DNA from: Basidiobolus meristosporus CBS 931.73
Taxonomy: Eukaryota > Fungi > Basidiobolomycota
Direction of reading: 5' to 3'
Assembly (NCBI GenBank): GCA_002104905.1
Contig: MCFE01000196.1
Span: 70,451-134,450, forward strand
Length of the DNA: 64,000 nucleotides
Shown: positions 37,313 through 50,832 of the stretch, piece by piece
How the letters are laid out: every line of letters begins with the position of its first letter
How positions within the stretch are numbered: position 1 is the stretch's first letter
The notes under the pieces: model-generated
The model's input: the letters and a program-made list of their open reading frames with translations, nothing else
What the model was told of the DNA's origin: nothing
Databases searched by the model: none
Position numbers and translations under genes: made by a program

Positions 37313-38372
37313 TTAACTGGATTCCCAAGTGTAGTGGAAGGAACGTTGGTGATCGGGACATTGGAAAACGGAGGCGATACCGCAATCACCCCACATGTAG
37401 GAGATCATTTCGCACTCGGCCAGCTGTAGCAGGCAGTGCATGGGATGTCCACACCCGTCCACCTTGCATCTCGGATAATCCTCTGCCTGTATCCAGTATG
37501 GCCAACCGAACACTTTGAAGGACCCAGGCTTAGGGTGTAACCGGTACTCGCATATCTCGTCCAGCCTAGGGTCATCACTTTCTAGGCCTAAGTACCTGAG
37601 TGCCTCCTCCGACCCTTCTATCTCGTAGATGTGAGGGATTTCGTGGCACTGGTCCCAGTCCAGAATCGCACACTCCTTTAGGATGGTGAGATCCGGATGG
37701 CTCGTGGGTGGGTGGATGGACGATAGGTACAAGGTTGTTTGGGTCCCCTCGGCCGGATGTCCCGCGCAAGGGATATGGTCTAGCTGGGAGAAGAGGTCTT
37801 TGGTATTTACAAGTCGGGCCAGGTACGTGTTCTGATCCAGAGAGACTTCTTGCCTACAGGTGGGGATCACGAGGAAGTCCCAAAACGTTAGCTCACTCTG
37901 TGCCCTCTGCTGGGGAAGTGGCGAAACCCACTTACTCGTCACAAGGGAGACACACGAAGAGTTGAAACAGCCCTTCGCCACCCGTTTTCTCCACATAAAG
38001 CGGATGCTGGGAAACCTTCTCCAGGCTCAGCTGTATGATGAATGTCACTACGGTGGGGGGGGGGACGAGTGATGGTAACGATTGATCAGGACATGGGTGT
38101 GATGAAAGGGTAGGGAAATTGCATGATTGCTTGGCGCTGATGGTGCGTCGAATTCACTTACTTGGTTTCCCACATTCCCCACAGGCAGGCCAATCCACCT
38201 CGCCTTGATAGAAAAAGGGTCGAATCCCTCCTACTTTGGACTCTGTACTCTCGAAGGCGCGCTCGTCGCTGGACTCGTCATGTAGGTGATAGAGCGCGGG
38301 GACAAAACAAGGCCTGGAGAACAGCGCGATGAATGAGTTGGGTACCTGATAAGCCATGATGGCGCTATCCAA
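37313..38372 (-). CDS. DUF1963/YwqG-like protein, 3 exons, 287 aa
   Basis: Exons 38372-38162, 38047-37936 and 37853-37313 join in frame (864 nt) with GT-AG introns. Motifs: SKVGG...WPACGECGKPMTFIIQL; KVFGWPYWIQ...C...C..PM..LLQL...YMWGDCGIASVFQC. Confidence 0.8.
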
Positions 38373-38899
38373 AGGGGGGGGAGAGGGAGTAATGGAAAGA
38401 CAACAACTCTGGACAGATTCAGTGCGGGCCTTAATATATATGATCTGAAACCCCCTTCACGGCCATCACTTATTATGATAGTGGTTGATGAGAACCATAG
38501 ATCAACAATCCCTTGGTTAGCTTGTTATCCATTCAAGACGGTTTCCCCAAATTTGGCATGGGATTAGATGAATCCGAAACTGGGTTGCAATCGAGCGGCA
38601 ATCATTCAGAACATCCAAGCTGTCTGTATGAACCGACCTCCTACTGAGCAAAGCGTCGCATGACAATTCCACCATCCGACGGATCAGTATATTTTCAAAT
38701 GAGCCCGTATTCAACCGGTTTCGCACCATCTCTTCAAAGTATTCAGGGGAAGCATCCGATCTTGGATGGCTGTGGTGGTGGTTTGCTCCTTGAATGTAGG
38801 GAAAGCGGTCACTCTAGTCGATATGATGGGGTGTCACCTGATGCTAAGGATGTTCGAGAGCAACCCACCATGTTGGTGGATGTCCGTCACCGCCAAGGC

Positions 38900-40380
38900 C
38901 GCCTGGCATCCAGATGACAATATGCTGATCGTACGATGCTCACAGTTTGCCACTGCGGCGTACGGATGATAGGCCGGCACCGTCATGTCGAATGTATCCG
39001 ATATCACGGTCCATCAGACATCACCAAACCCAAACATCGTTGATTAACTGGGAAGTCCTATCTCTTCAGCAAGCTGCGTGACCGATGAGGACATCCCTAT
39101 AATCATTCAACCATCTAAATCCAATTTAATATGCCGCTGTATCTCCGTTCCAGGTGAATCAATCGCCCAGTCCCCACACCTTTGATTGGGTCAGCTTTAT
39201 CGGAGGCTGTCTCTTCACCTCCTTCCCGCCACCTATTGGATGAATCTCGATCGAGTTCTGGCTTTTGCTGGATTGGGAAAGTCGATTGACTTGGTGGTGG
39301 TTGGCTGGGAGATCAAGGAATCTCGATGCTACCATTTCGATCACCTATTCTGTATGTATTGCAAGGCAAGCATACTTTCCGCTGCTGACGGCATCGAAGT
39401 AGATAGCGGCGGGAAGCAGAGGCGGCAAATTCCCCTTTGGTAGCGCCTACCTATGGATGCTGTGTGGGAGCTCATGAGACACCGAACACCTGTCGATCTC
39501 GAGAAACGCATGCGGTGTCTTTGCAGTGTCTCACCTAGGTCTTGATACATCAATTCTCTCGTATGCCTTGGGACTGGAGTGGCACGATTGATCCCTACCA
39601 CATGTCAGCTAACGAGCGATGACCACCGGATTTACATCACATTAAGACCAGATCGAGCGGTGCGCGGGGAATGGCGAATGGCGAATAGCAGGCGTCTGTT
39701 CGTCTGGACGTTTCATTTCTTCAACCACATCACCACAGCATGCTCAGGCTGATTGATTGATTCACCTCCCATTGATCTCCATGGTGATTTGTTTTTGAGA
39801 CCATCCATCTCACTTGAATCATTCAATTTTAGAAGGTGGTGTAGATGAGGGTTGTTTTGAATACTGGATTCCAACCCACCACCTTCCCACCATTGTCCAC
39901 CAAACCTCCTTGAAAGAGGGGCATCAACGTTGCTCAGCCCATCACGCTATTGATGAACCATGCCTTGTGTCCATCCTTCATGCTGGCCACCTTGGATATA
40001 CGTAATGCTGAGGAATGGATGAGTCCGACGGCGACAGTCATCTCATGTGCAACACCCTGGTGCCCCCGGAGTGGCCGGATGGAGGCTGGAGCCAAGGCCG
40101 GCCATCAGAGATACCATCAGTCAATCCATACACAGCTGTCAACCGCTGGCTCAAAGTTTAGACGAATTTCGAGGGCACTTGCGAGGGGCTCCCTCGACCA
40201 GCATACCCGCCGATTGCGCCCGGCAGACCATAAGTAGAGCTGTCGCCAGACTCGGTTGTGCCGGCAATGGACTGCCACCACACACCGGGAAACGCTGGCC
40301 GCGTAGCGTGAGCCTCCGCCAGGCCATGGGAGACTTCCCGCGAAATCCACATCAAATAGATTTGCGTTGACCAGCATCTG
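38900..40380 (-). CDS. Possible F-box/WD40-like gene; model unresolved, possibly frameshifted
   Basis: Fragments AASVSR...HNRVWRQLYL (F-box-like), LRGHQG and GDRNGSIEI(L)DL (WD-like). I could not build a clean spliced model. Confidence 0.3.
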
Positions 40381-41300
40381 GAATTGTGCAGCAGGGGGGC
40401 TGCCGGATAAGGAAAAAAAGGGATAGGGATTTGTTGAGAGTAAATCCAGGCCAGACTGATATTGTTTAGAATAGCGGGCAGTATAAAATCGGGCACCTCA
40501 CTATGTTTGATGAGTCGGTGTAGGCCACTAGCGCTGTGTCTCCAAACTTTGATCAGTTTCAAGGAATGAGCTTGATTCTTGTCACACGAACTATGTCTTA
40601 TCAGTGTGCGCCAAAGCTGATGGATATTGAGGGACATGACGCTCATCCTTTATGTAAGCATCAAAGTTCTCAACCACCCAGCACTAGCCACAGGTGCACT
40701 TCCCTTCGCCCAGCAGCATCACCTACATCTAGCCGACCCCCAATCAGCCAACCAGCCCACTCGCGCCGTATCCGACACGGTCGCGTCCACCCAGGCTCAC
40801 CGTCTCAGTGGATCAGATTCCCGTCGATTAGGTCGCTTGGGAATATCCACGGCCACGGTAAAGATGGCGAAAAACTGGTTTACGCTTCGGCCACGATGAG
40901 CCCATTACCTAATTGACATTTGTAAGCGGTTTCCCTAACTGACTCATGCCAGATAACGCACGCAGAGTGAAACCGATTGTCAAGGAAATGCCAACCGATA
41001 GAGGATTCTGCGGATGCCGTAATTTCATTCTAATCAAGTCCGATGAGCAGTCATCAGCCCAGCATGGCCAAGGGATGGCTTGTTTATCTGGGTGCAAATA
41101 GAGCATAGGAGCGGGGATGGGGATGGGGATGAGGATGAGGATACGGCTAGATCGATTACATTAATGTTGGATGAGTGGTCGTAAAGGTTCATATTAGGAT
41201 TCGGGCTACAGCCATGGTCTGATTCATTCGCTGCGGGGATAGACATACAGATTATATAATACATAATACGGGTGGTGAGCCTGTGCAGTACGAAGTATAG

Positions 41301-43097
41301 TTAAGAGGGGAAGGAAATCATTGGGAAATGGTAAAGAAGAAAGACCCATAGAACACACCCTATCACCCCAAACCCTGATAAAGGTTAACCTAAGGAACTG
41401 ATCGGTGCCTTAAACAAGGACGACGTACCTGTTAGAAAGATCGAGGTGGACCCTAGATCCTGAGTGTTCTCGAGACTGTTTAACATCATCTGGACAGAGG
41501 TCAGCTAAAGGAACGAGGGGTGAGCGATGGGTTGCATCCAGGAGGTTCGAGAAATCTCACTTTGGCTTGGTTGTTGCCCAACGTCTGCTCCCCCTTACGT
41601 AGGCGTATCTGGGAGCTCTCGGTGTTGGAGAGCAGCTTTTCGGCACTGTGCTCCACCTGCTCCAGTAGCTCGTTGTCCTTCTGAAGCGTCTCCCACTGAT
41701 CCATCAACTTTTGCAACTCCTAGCGGCTGCTTAGCACGGTTTGCCACATTTAGGCTTCGCATGTGCGACCTACCTTCTCTTTCGCGGCCAGTTCATCTAG
41801 CTTACCTAATGCGTGATCTAGCTCCTTAACCTTGTCCTGAACAATGTCCTAATGCGGATAGGATAGGTGAGTCGACGGTTTGCGAAGGGGCTCATTGAAG
41901 AAACATACTTGTAGGTTGCTGATGTAGCTCCCGTATTTCAGGCACCTGGTGGAAATCTCCGCCGTAGTGTCTACGAAGGACCTAGCTCTGGATCGACAAG
42001 GGGGTTGTGGTAAACAAAGCATACGCAGGGCTCGGGCAGGGTAAACAACCACCCACCTATTGTTCGGCGAGATCCCATCGTGCTGTAGCGAGTAGAGCTT
42101 CTCCAGTAAGCCAGGGCCTTGGAAGAGGCTTAGCAAAATCAGCCAGGAAAGATGCAGCACCACCTACCATCAGGGTTCAGCATTCGATCGGTCACGATAG
42201 GATTCAGCTTCGCCTCCAACTCGAACTTGATCCGATTCACAAACTCCCGCTTGCTATGGCTGGACATGGCCTCCAGCAGGAACTGGCTCTTCCGTGAAGT
42301 CAACTGAAAGATTTCTACCACAGAGCAGTTGAGTGGGCCGAACAGTGGAAAAGAATACCACCCTGACGTTTACCTCTTCCCGGGGACGTTTGAAGAAACA
42401 CGTCTGCCACGCTGACATACTCGACATCCTCGAACACCTCAAACTCCAACGATTCCTCTAGGAAATTGTCTTGATTGGCCTCCAGTAACCTCTCGTGGAC
42501 ATGCAATAGCCGTGTCTGCTCTTCAGCATCGATCACTCGAAACCATATGTTCTTCCCAATCACCTTGAATAGTACCAACCGAAAAGGGGTGAAGTCCACC
42601 CCAAGGTCGCTGAACATGTGGTATTTTTGGGCAGGCAGAAATCTCTGGGGGATTCGTGGCGGGAGTGGTGGTGGCGCGGCTGTTGGTTGAGAGGTGGGGG
42701 TGGAGGTGGAGCTTTGAAAGTAGGCGGGTTTGAAAAACCTCAACTTCCTCGAGTCGGAGGACTTCTTCGTTTTGGGCGAAATGGTGTCTTGACTCTGCCA
42801 GTTGGAATATGTTGGCGACGACAAGGGAGAGCCGAGGGTATCTGCATGGAGATTGGCAAAGGCGTTAGTGGAGTGGAAGGATTTCCGGGGGGGGGCTTTG
42901 GCTTCTCTGAACTCTACACCCGTACCATCACTGTCGTCCACATCTTCTCTTGGAAAGTCATAGTCCAACTTCTCGACCTTCTGCAACTTCAAGAACGGGT
43001 GGAAAGAGAAACGCTTGTACGTTCGGTGGCTCTTTTTGGAGGACTTCGTTGCATTCGAGGAGGCGGGACTCCGTTTGGGTGCCTCGGTAGCATTCAT
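41301..43097 (-). CDS. Multi-exon hypothetical protein with a C-terminal coiled coil and possible tail anchor
   Basis: Large first exon (ORF 43145-42315; first ATG at 43097), then a chain of short GT-AG introns with ctaac/ctgac branch sites. Coiled-coil exon ELQKLMDQWETLQKDNELLEQ. The 3' end is ambiguous. Confidence 0.6.
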
Positions 43098-43342
43098 GAC
43101 GAGAGCGTGTGCTGGAGAGGAGGGGCACTGGCTCAATATGTACACTTCAATACATTAGGGTACAATCGGACCAGAATTGGAAGTAAATTAAAGTGGACGT
43201 GTACCAACAACAAATCGGACATGCGGGATGATTATTGAGTGCATGCCCAGTCAGGAAGGGGAATTCTGGGCCTCGTTGAGCATCCGAGCAGATATATCAG
43301 CAGTAACAGGGTTGAACAATCAAATTCAGCTTGCATATTGCC

Positions 43343-43470
43343 ACCATCAATCACATTCTGCATAGCCACCAGCATATCCATCAGCATCGCCCATCAATCA
43401 CATTCTGCATATCCACCAGCATATCCACCAGCACCGCCCATCAATCTTATTTTGCATAGCCACCATCAAT
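43343..43470. repeat. Intergenic minisatellite, ~47-bp unit, about 3 copies
   Basis: Repeated ccatcaatcacattctgcata(g/t)ccaccagcatatcca. Confidence 0.7.
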
Positions 43471-43694
43471 CCTGTTTAGGGCATCTTGTGTGAACCACGG
43501 ATTTTATTAGATCCTTCTAAGCATGGTAGATAGGAAAGAAGTCGCAAATTTACAGATCAATGGTGGCGGTGTCATGTTGTGAACAGGAGAGAGAGGCAAG
43601 GAGGATTAGAGACTAGGGAATAGGGAATAAATAGTCGGCCACTTCAGTCAACATTGAATTTGACGACCACTGAGGTTTGAGGCTAGGGAAGGTG

Positions 43695-43768
43695 GTGTGG
43701 GTGTGGGTGTGGGTGTGGGTACGGGAGCGGAAGTGAGTGTGAGTGTGAGTGTGGGCGTGGGCGTGGCG
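43695..43768. repeat. (GTGTGG)n/(GTGTGA)n hexamer microsatellite immediately 3' of the GID4 stop
   Basis: Direct reading of the sequence. Confidence 0.85.
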
Positions 43769-43769
43769 G

Positions 43770-45039
43770 TCAGGCAAATGTGTAGCTGCTGAAAGTGACG
43801 CCACAGCCATCGAGCTTCGGCTTGAGGATCAGGCGCTGGTAGGGTGTGGAGCTAGGGTCGAAATAGAACCCTGATGCAGATTGGGTGGAGGTTAGGGGGA
43901 TGCGGGTGGAACAAGACCAAATGGATAGCTACCAACCCTCGATCAGTCCATCGGACCTACGTAGACACACGTAGTAGAACCCAGCAATTGTTAGCCCACT
44001 GTCCTGCGCGGAAACATTCACGAAAAACCTCTCTGCATGATAGATGGTTGAGTCAGCTCTGTCACGAATCAGCGCGGCGCCCGGTCACAAACCTTTCCAC
44101 CTCATGAAGACGTATTTGCGGTGGATCTCCGCCAACGAATTCACCGAGTTCGCTCCAAGAGTGATGCTACAACCATGTGACTAGAAGCACTTCGTTACCA
44201 ACACAAATCTGGCCACTTACTCCGTAGAATCGATCCCTTTGAAGGCTTTGAACATCCGCCAATGCTGCAGATCGATGTCTCGATTAGCCTGCCACTTGTC
44301 GGTCCACAGGTTGTGATTAGTGAAGTCGACGATCTGGTGTGCGTGGGATTAGTGACTAGAGCAAGATGCGACGCGGGTCTCAGCGAAACATACCTCGCCA
44401 TCCCAGTAGGTGAGGACAGTTGCGGTGGTTGCCGGTACATTCAGAGCTTCCATCAACCCCACGATGGTGCCGTTCTTGTGGTTCACTGCGTTGATGGTCT
44501 AGGCCAAAATGAGAATCAGGTTCAGCAAAGAATATCCGCCTACGTACCACTTTCACCTCCCACTCCTCTCTGCCTGAGCTCTGTGTACGGTGGTTGATCA
44601 GATTCTGGGTGCCAAGGAACACTCTACCCGGTCGGAGGTAGCTGTTCTCCTGGAGAGTCAACTCCACCAAAGGCTTGCCAAGCGCATATGCCTGGAACGG
44701 AGATAGCTTTGTCTGGCGGGCTGAACGTAGGTATTCGGCCAGGTTGGATATCCGGATGGTAGGCTCGTCGCTGTCCTCTAAACAGGAGTCGTCGGACATC
44801 TCCTCCAACTCGATTCTCAACTCGTCTTCTAGCTCGCTCTCTTCGTCAGATTGCTCAACAAGCTCAACTAAATCAGTCTCCATGTTGTCTTCATTCTCTT
44901 CTTCTTCCTCTTCCTCTTCGTCGTCTTCGTTATCGTCAGAGATATCCTCTGCAAGATAATATCTCCCCAAAGCAAGGGGCGGGAAAGACGGCGTACGGTG
45001 CAGATCAGAGCCTTCGGCACCCAAATGATCAGAGGGCAT
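43770..45039 (-). CDS. GID4: GID/CTLH E3 ligase substrate receptor Gid4/Vid24 homolog with acidic N-terminus
   Basis: Spliced motifs LRPGRVFLGTQ, WEVKVTI, GLMEALNVP, TYWDGEIVDFTNH, KYVFMRWKERFF, LTIAGFYYVC, YFDPSSTPYQRL; TGA at 43770-43772. Confidence 0.88.
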
Positions 45040-45730
45040 ATGTGTAGATAGTTTTGGATAAGGATGTTGTTTGTCTGTTAGGACGAAGTAGAGAGATTAG
45101 CCAGTGTTCCCTTGGAGTAGAAAATCCATCACTTACTTTGGAGGGAACTTCACTGAAATACAAGGATGAAGAAAAAGGTGGAGTATTTTTAGCTATATAC
45201 ACACTCACTGCAATATTTAACCTACCTAAGAAGCTGTGGAGGAATTAACAATACAACCAAAGGGAAAGTGGGATAGGGACATCAAATAGGATACGCTCGG
45301 AATAGTACTAATTGGCTTTCCTATAATCATGCAATTTCACAAACTCCAGCTATTTCACCAACCGCGGTGGCTGATTGACCAGAAATTACATTGATTGAAA
45401 GAAGGCCGATTTTATTGTTGCATCTAGTGACTCAAGGCCAGGGTTAGGCAATAAGTGGTTTATCGTCCTGCTTGTTGGTCTCCTTTTGGCGGGTGTACAA
45501 CGCAAATGACTTCTACACCATCTACTGCAACCTCAATCAACACTCAAACCACTCTGAAGTAACACCATGATCTCTGGTCTCCTTTTATTGGCCACAAAAT
45601 AAGCGAGGTCTGTTCCAGGAATAGAATATCCGGGAATCTCTGGTGAGCGAATCCCATTGGCATACGAACCGGTATGTAGGAACGCTCCATTTACCAAAAA
45701 CACCACTAGTCTCTACCTCGTCAATACGAA

Positions 45731-46241
45731 ATGAAAAAGTACTCCAACGCTGATCCACGCCGTCCCGAGGCTGTTGTGCCTTTTGTGCAGCCCAAAGTAG
45801 ATGAAGAGGCCGAGAGAGATGCTTACGGACTTATCGCCACCGTGTTTGGTAAAGAATTCGATTCGTGTTGCTCCGGAGGTAGATCTCGTCACTAATCGTA
45901 GCCTTCTATCTTCTCTCCAAACCTAGCCACCATGGGGATCATGTTCAAGGTACTTCCAATTTACTTCGATTGACATCACATCGTGACGGACCCTCAAGTA
46001 TATCTTGTCTTTCTAGCATCACTGGGGTTCTTGGTGGGGCCTGATATTCTCGATTATCAGCTGGGTTAACGAGAAGCAAACCACCAAAGCATTTAGACAA
46101 ACGTACACCAGTATGTTGTAAGTAAATTCTTGCTAGACCTGAACCCCCCCCCTCTACGCGAGTACTGACCGGTGTTCCTATAGATTCTCGGTTCTCGGCT
46201 TGGTGATCAACTACATGCAAACCTTCTACTTGCGCCGATAG
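45731..46241 (+). CDS. WDR83OS: Asterix/PAT10 (UPF0139, WDR83OS) small ER membrane chaperone subunit, 4 exons
   Basis: MKKYSNADPRRP...DAYGLIATVF | ATMGIMFK | HHWGSWWGLIFSIISWVN...TYTSML | FSVLGLVINYMQ. The DPRRP motif and hydrophobic pattern fit Asterix. Missed by the ORF track. Confidence 0.85.
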
Positions 46242-46599
46242 GCTCGCCTCGCGAGAAACTCCATTTTGATCCAATGTATCTTGGTTCATCAGTCGACTGC
46301 ACGATTGATGTATTGCTTAATAAATAACCTTGGCATATTGCCTCACTGACTTGGATATACGCTTGATATATGAAGATGCCGTAGTCAATGCGAGGCACTC
46401 AGATGATTATGCATCGACGCTTTCGGTATCAGATGATTCATACATTTGTTGTTCCTACTCTATACCATGTATCCAATGAATCGACGGGCCCCAAGGTTGG
46501 TAACTTTATTCCCAGAAACAGTAGACATTGTATAATTAGCTCCTCAACACTTACCTCCCGTATAAATAGCCCAACGGCGACCACCGTATCCTCAAAGCA

Positions 46600-47087
46600 A
46601 TGGCGTTCTATATCAAAACCTTCTGTCTGGCTCTACTAGCGAGCTGCGTCTCCTCAGGTTGGACTTGTCAAACAGGAAGTGCACATCCACTTTACTAACC
46701 GTCTGCCTCGTAGATATGATTTACTTCGTAACCCCGACTGGAAACTCGACCTTAACCCCAGGCCAGATGCTGAGCATCAACGTTGTTGTACGTCGGTTGG
46801 ACCTGGCACTGATTAATGAGCTAACATTGGACCTCATCGACTCCAGCGACAACAACGTTGTGTGGAGACACTATGTTCCCAGCACGAACTGGAACCCTGC
46901 CACTGGTGCCACTGGCGAATGGAAAGACAGCTGGGCGTGGACGATCCCGACGGATTTCAAACGTGGTGACTACCATCTGCGGGCTTACTCGGACGCTAAA
47001 TACAACAGCATGGGCGAGACTGGCAGCATTCTACGGGAAGCTACTGCCCATTTCAAAGTTGCTAACTATACGGAGATGCTGTTCTAA
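46600..47087 (+). CDS. Small secreted protein with a predicted Ig-like beta-sandwich (Kre9/Knh1 N-terminal-like), 2 exons
   Basis: TATAAAT at 46561. Signal peptide MAFYIKTFCLALLASCVSS; intron 46658-46713 in phase. Motifs FVTPT..ST..PG and W-x-W-T-I-P...G-x-Y-x-L-R. Confidence 0.75.
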
Positions 47088-47350
47088 CCACCGTCGCCGT
47101 CACCATCACCATCACCACCCCACCAGTACTACCACCATATAATTCAATAAACAAGCCAACTATATATGCTTATATTGCTGATAATGGCAACTGAGTATGC
47201 TTTTATTGTTGATAATGATTGGGACGAATGTGTGGGCGGTTGAGTGAGCGAACAAAGGAGTTACGTCAAACAAGTTCTGTGGATTTATTCAAGATCGAAG
47301 GATAGCGTGAACTAACGGAGCAGAGTACTGTAGTGGCATCAAACCGACAC

Positions 47351-47792
47351 TCACGCCTTCGCCTCCTCCTCTTTCTCGACAATATTGAGACGTATAACCT
47401 TATTATCCGCAACATTGTCGCCGGAAGATTTGGTGGATTGCGCGTGCTGCTCTCTCAAACGTTGACGTCTGGCCTCGGCGACGATGACCTTGGCCCTGGC
47501 AATCTAGCAATCAAAGGAAACATTAGGACCCGGGCTTTTAGTGGCGAAACTACTGCGCTGTCACGTAGGGGGGGGAAGGGTACCTCTTTGGTGTGATGAA
47601 GGCATTCAAGATAATCCTCTTGCTGCAGAATGCACTCTTCGGGCTTGTCGGACATGACATAACATTTGGAAAACTCTTGCCACAGATTGAAGCATCTGTT
47701 GCGACCTGCACGCAAAAGACGATGAGTTCAGCAGGGCCAAGACAACAGACATTCATATGCTTACCGCCGTTGAAACCGAAACCTGAGGCCAT
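47351..47792 (-). CDS. NDUFS5: Complex I accessory subunit NDUFS5 (twin CX9C), 3 exons
   Basis: MASGFGFNGG | RNRCFNLWQEFSKCY...EECILQQEDYLECLHHTKE | IARAKVI... Confidence 0.9.
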
Positions 47793-48223
47793 GTTCAATA
47801 AACTAAGCAAAAAGAGAAGGGTTTAACGAAAAGGAACCGCTTCGGAAATATACAGTACACTACCCACTTCGACTGAAAACTGGGGCAAACTAGTCTAGCG
47901 AGAGTTTGAGTATCAAACGGAAAAGTCTCGCCAATTTGGGTAGTAAAACGAGCTACCCCACCAACCCAACATTTCCTAGATTTGGGCCCCCACTTGATTT
48001 CGTATGCCCTCCTTTCCGAGGAATCTTGTCTAAGTCGTGGTTAAGTCGGCCGGTAAACGACAAAAAAAACGGGGATTTTTTCTGCTAGTCGGTGGGCAGC
48101 AGTAGTAGGGTTGGTGATTAAAAAAATCCACCCATCCATCCAAAGCCTCCTTCCCCTCCAACATACATCTGGCAGTGTGAGCAAGGTAAGCATCTATTTC
48201 GGCCCAACCCCTCATCCATCAGA

Positions 48224-48622
48224 ATGGTCTCCTCCGTCAACAAGATCACAATCGTCAAGAAGCGCACCAAGCACTTCAAGCGCCATCAGTCCGACCGCTA
48301 CAAGACCGTCAAGGAGTCATGGAGAAAGCCCAAGGGTATCGATAACCGCGTTCGTCGCAGATTCAAGGGCCAGATCCCCATGCCCAAGATCGGCTACGGC
48401 TCCAACCAGAAAACCCGCCACCTGATGCCCAACGGCTTCAAGAAGTTCGTCGTCGCTAGCCCCAGGGAGCTCGAGGTGTTGCTGATGCAGAACCGCACCT
48501 ACGCCGCTGAAATCGCCCACAACGTCTCCTCCAAAAACCGCATCGCCATCGTGGAGCGTGCACAGCAGTTGAATGTGAAGGTCACCAACGCCAACGCTCG
48601 TCTTCGCACCCAGGAGAATTAG
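48224..48622 (+). CDS. RPL32: 60S ribosomal protein L32 (eL32)
   Basis: [15 protein letters not shown]...[18 protein letters not shown] probable 5'-UTR intron (gtaagc...catcag) lies just before the ATG. Confidence 0.98.
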   Translation: MVSSVNKITIVKKRTKHFKRHQSDRYKTVKESWRKPKGIDNRVRRRFKGQIPMPKIGYGSNQKTRHLMPNGFKKFVVASPRELEVLLMQNRTYAAEIAHNVSSKNRIAIVERAQQLNVKVTNANARLRTQEN

Positions 48623-48858
48623 AGTATCCGACTTGTATCAATTCTGACCTATGTTCATTTCTAAATAAATCCCCGTTAATCATCAAGTGTGTCCCCGTGT
48701 TTCGATACATCGCGCAACACAGCCATTCAATTCCTTGATTGCGTCAATTCCCTGACGTAAGCCATGAGATCTATAGAATACGTCTACTGACCAGTCTTGT
48801 GGCCATTTCCCCTAATAAGCTTATACCCACCGCACTCCAGGAATATCAGTCAGTGAAT

Positions 48859-50482
<1,624 letters not shown>

Positions 50483-50832
50483 TTTCAAGAATACCTTCCG
50501 CCATTCATATACTTAATATTATCTACGCTCTGACTTGGTTAGGTAGTAATCATTTGGTCATGTAAAAACTGTAGTCATCAATAAAAACACTAAGAGTATT
50601 CATCATTGTGCCCTATTGACATTTTATGATCATTGTATCCGGTAACAGTACCAGTTATTACTAATGACAAACCCCGACGCCTCACAACACATGATCCATA
50701 AATATAGAAATCGGTAAAATAGATTGTTTGTTTTTAAAATATTACATATTTATTAATTCACCACGATGAAGTAATCTAGAAATACTTAAAGTATTACCTA
50801 ACATGCATTTCTACAAACTAAATGTGAGGAAT

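Noticed and set aside
42618-43238. 206-aa plus-strand Gly-rich ORF and similar overlapping ORFs in the gene island (e.g. 56023-56529, 53250-53606)
   Set aside because: These are antisense or alternative frames of better-supported genes.
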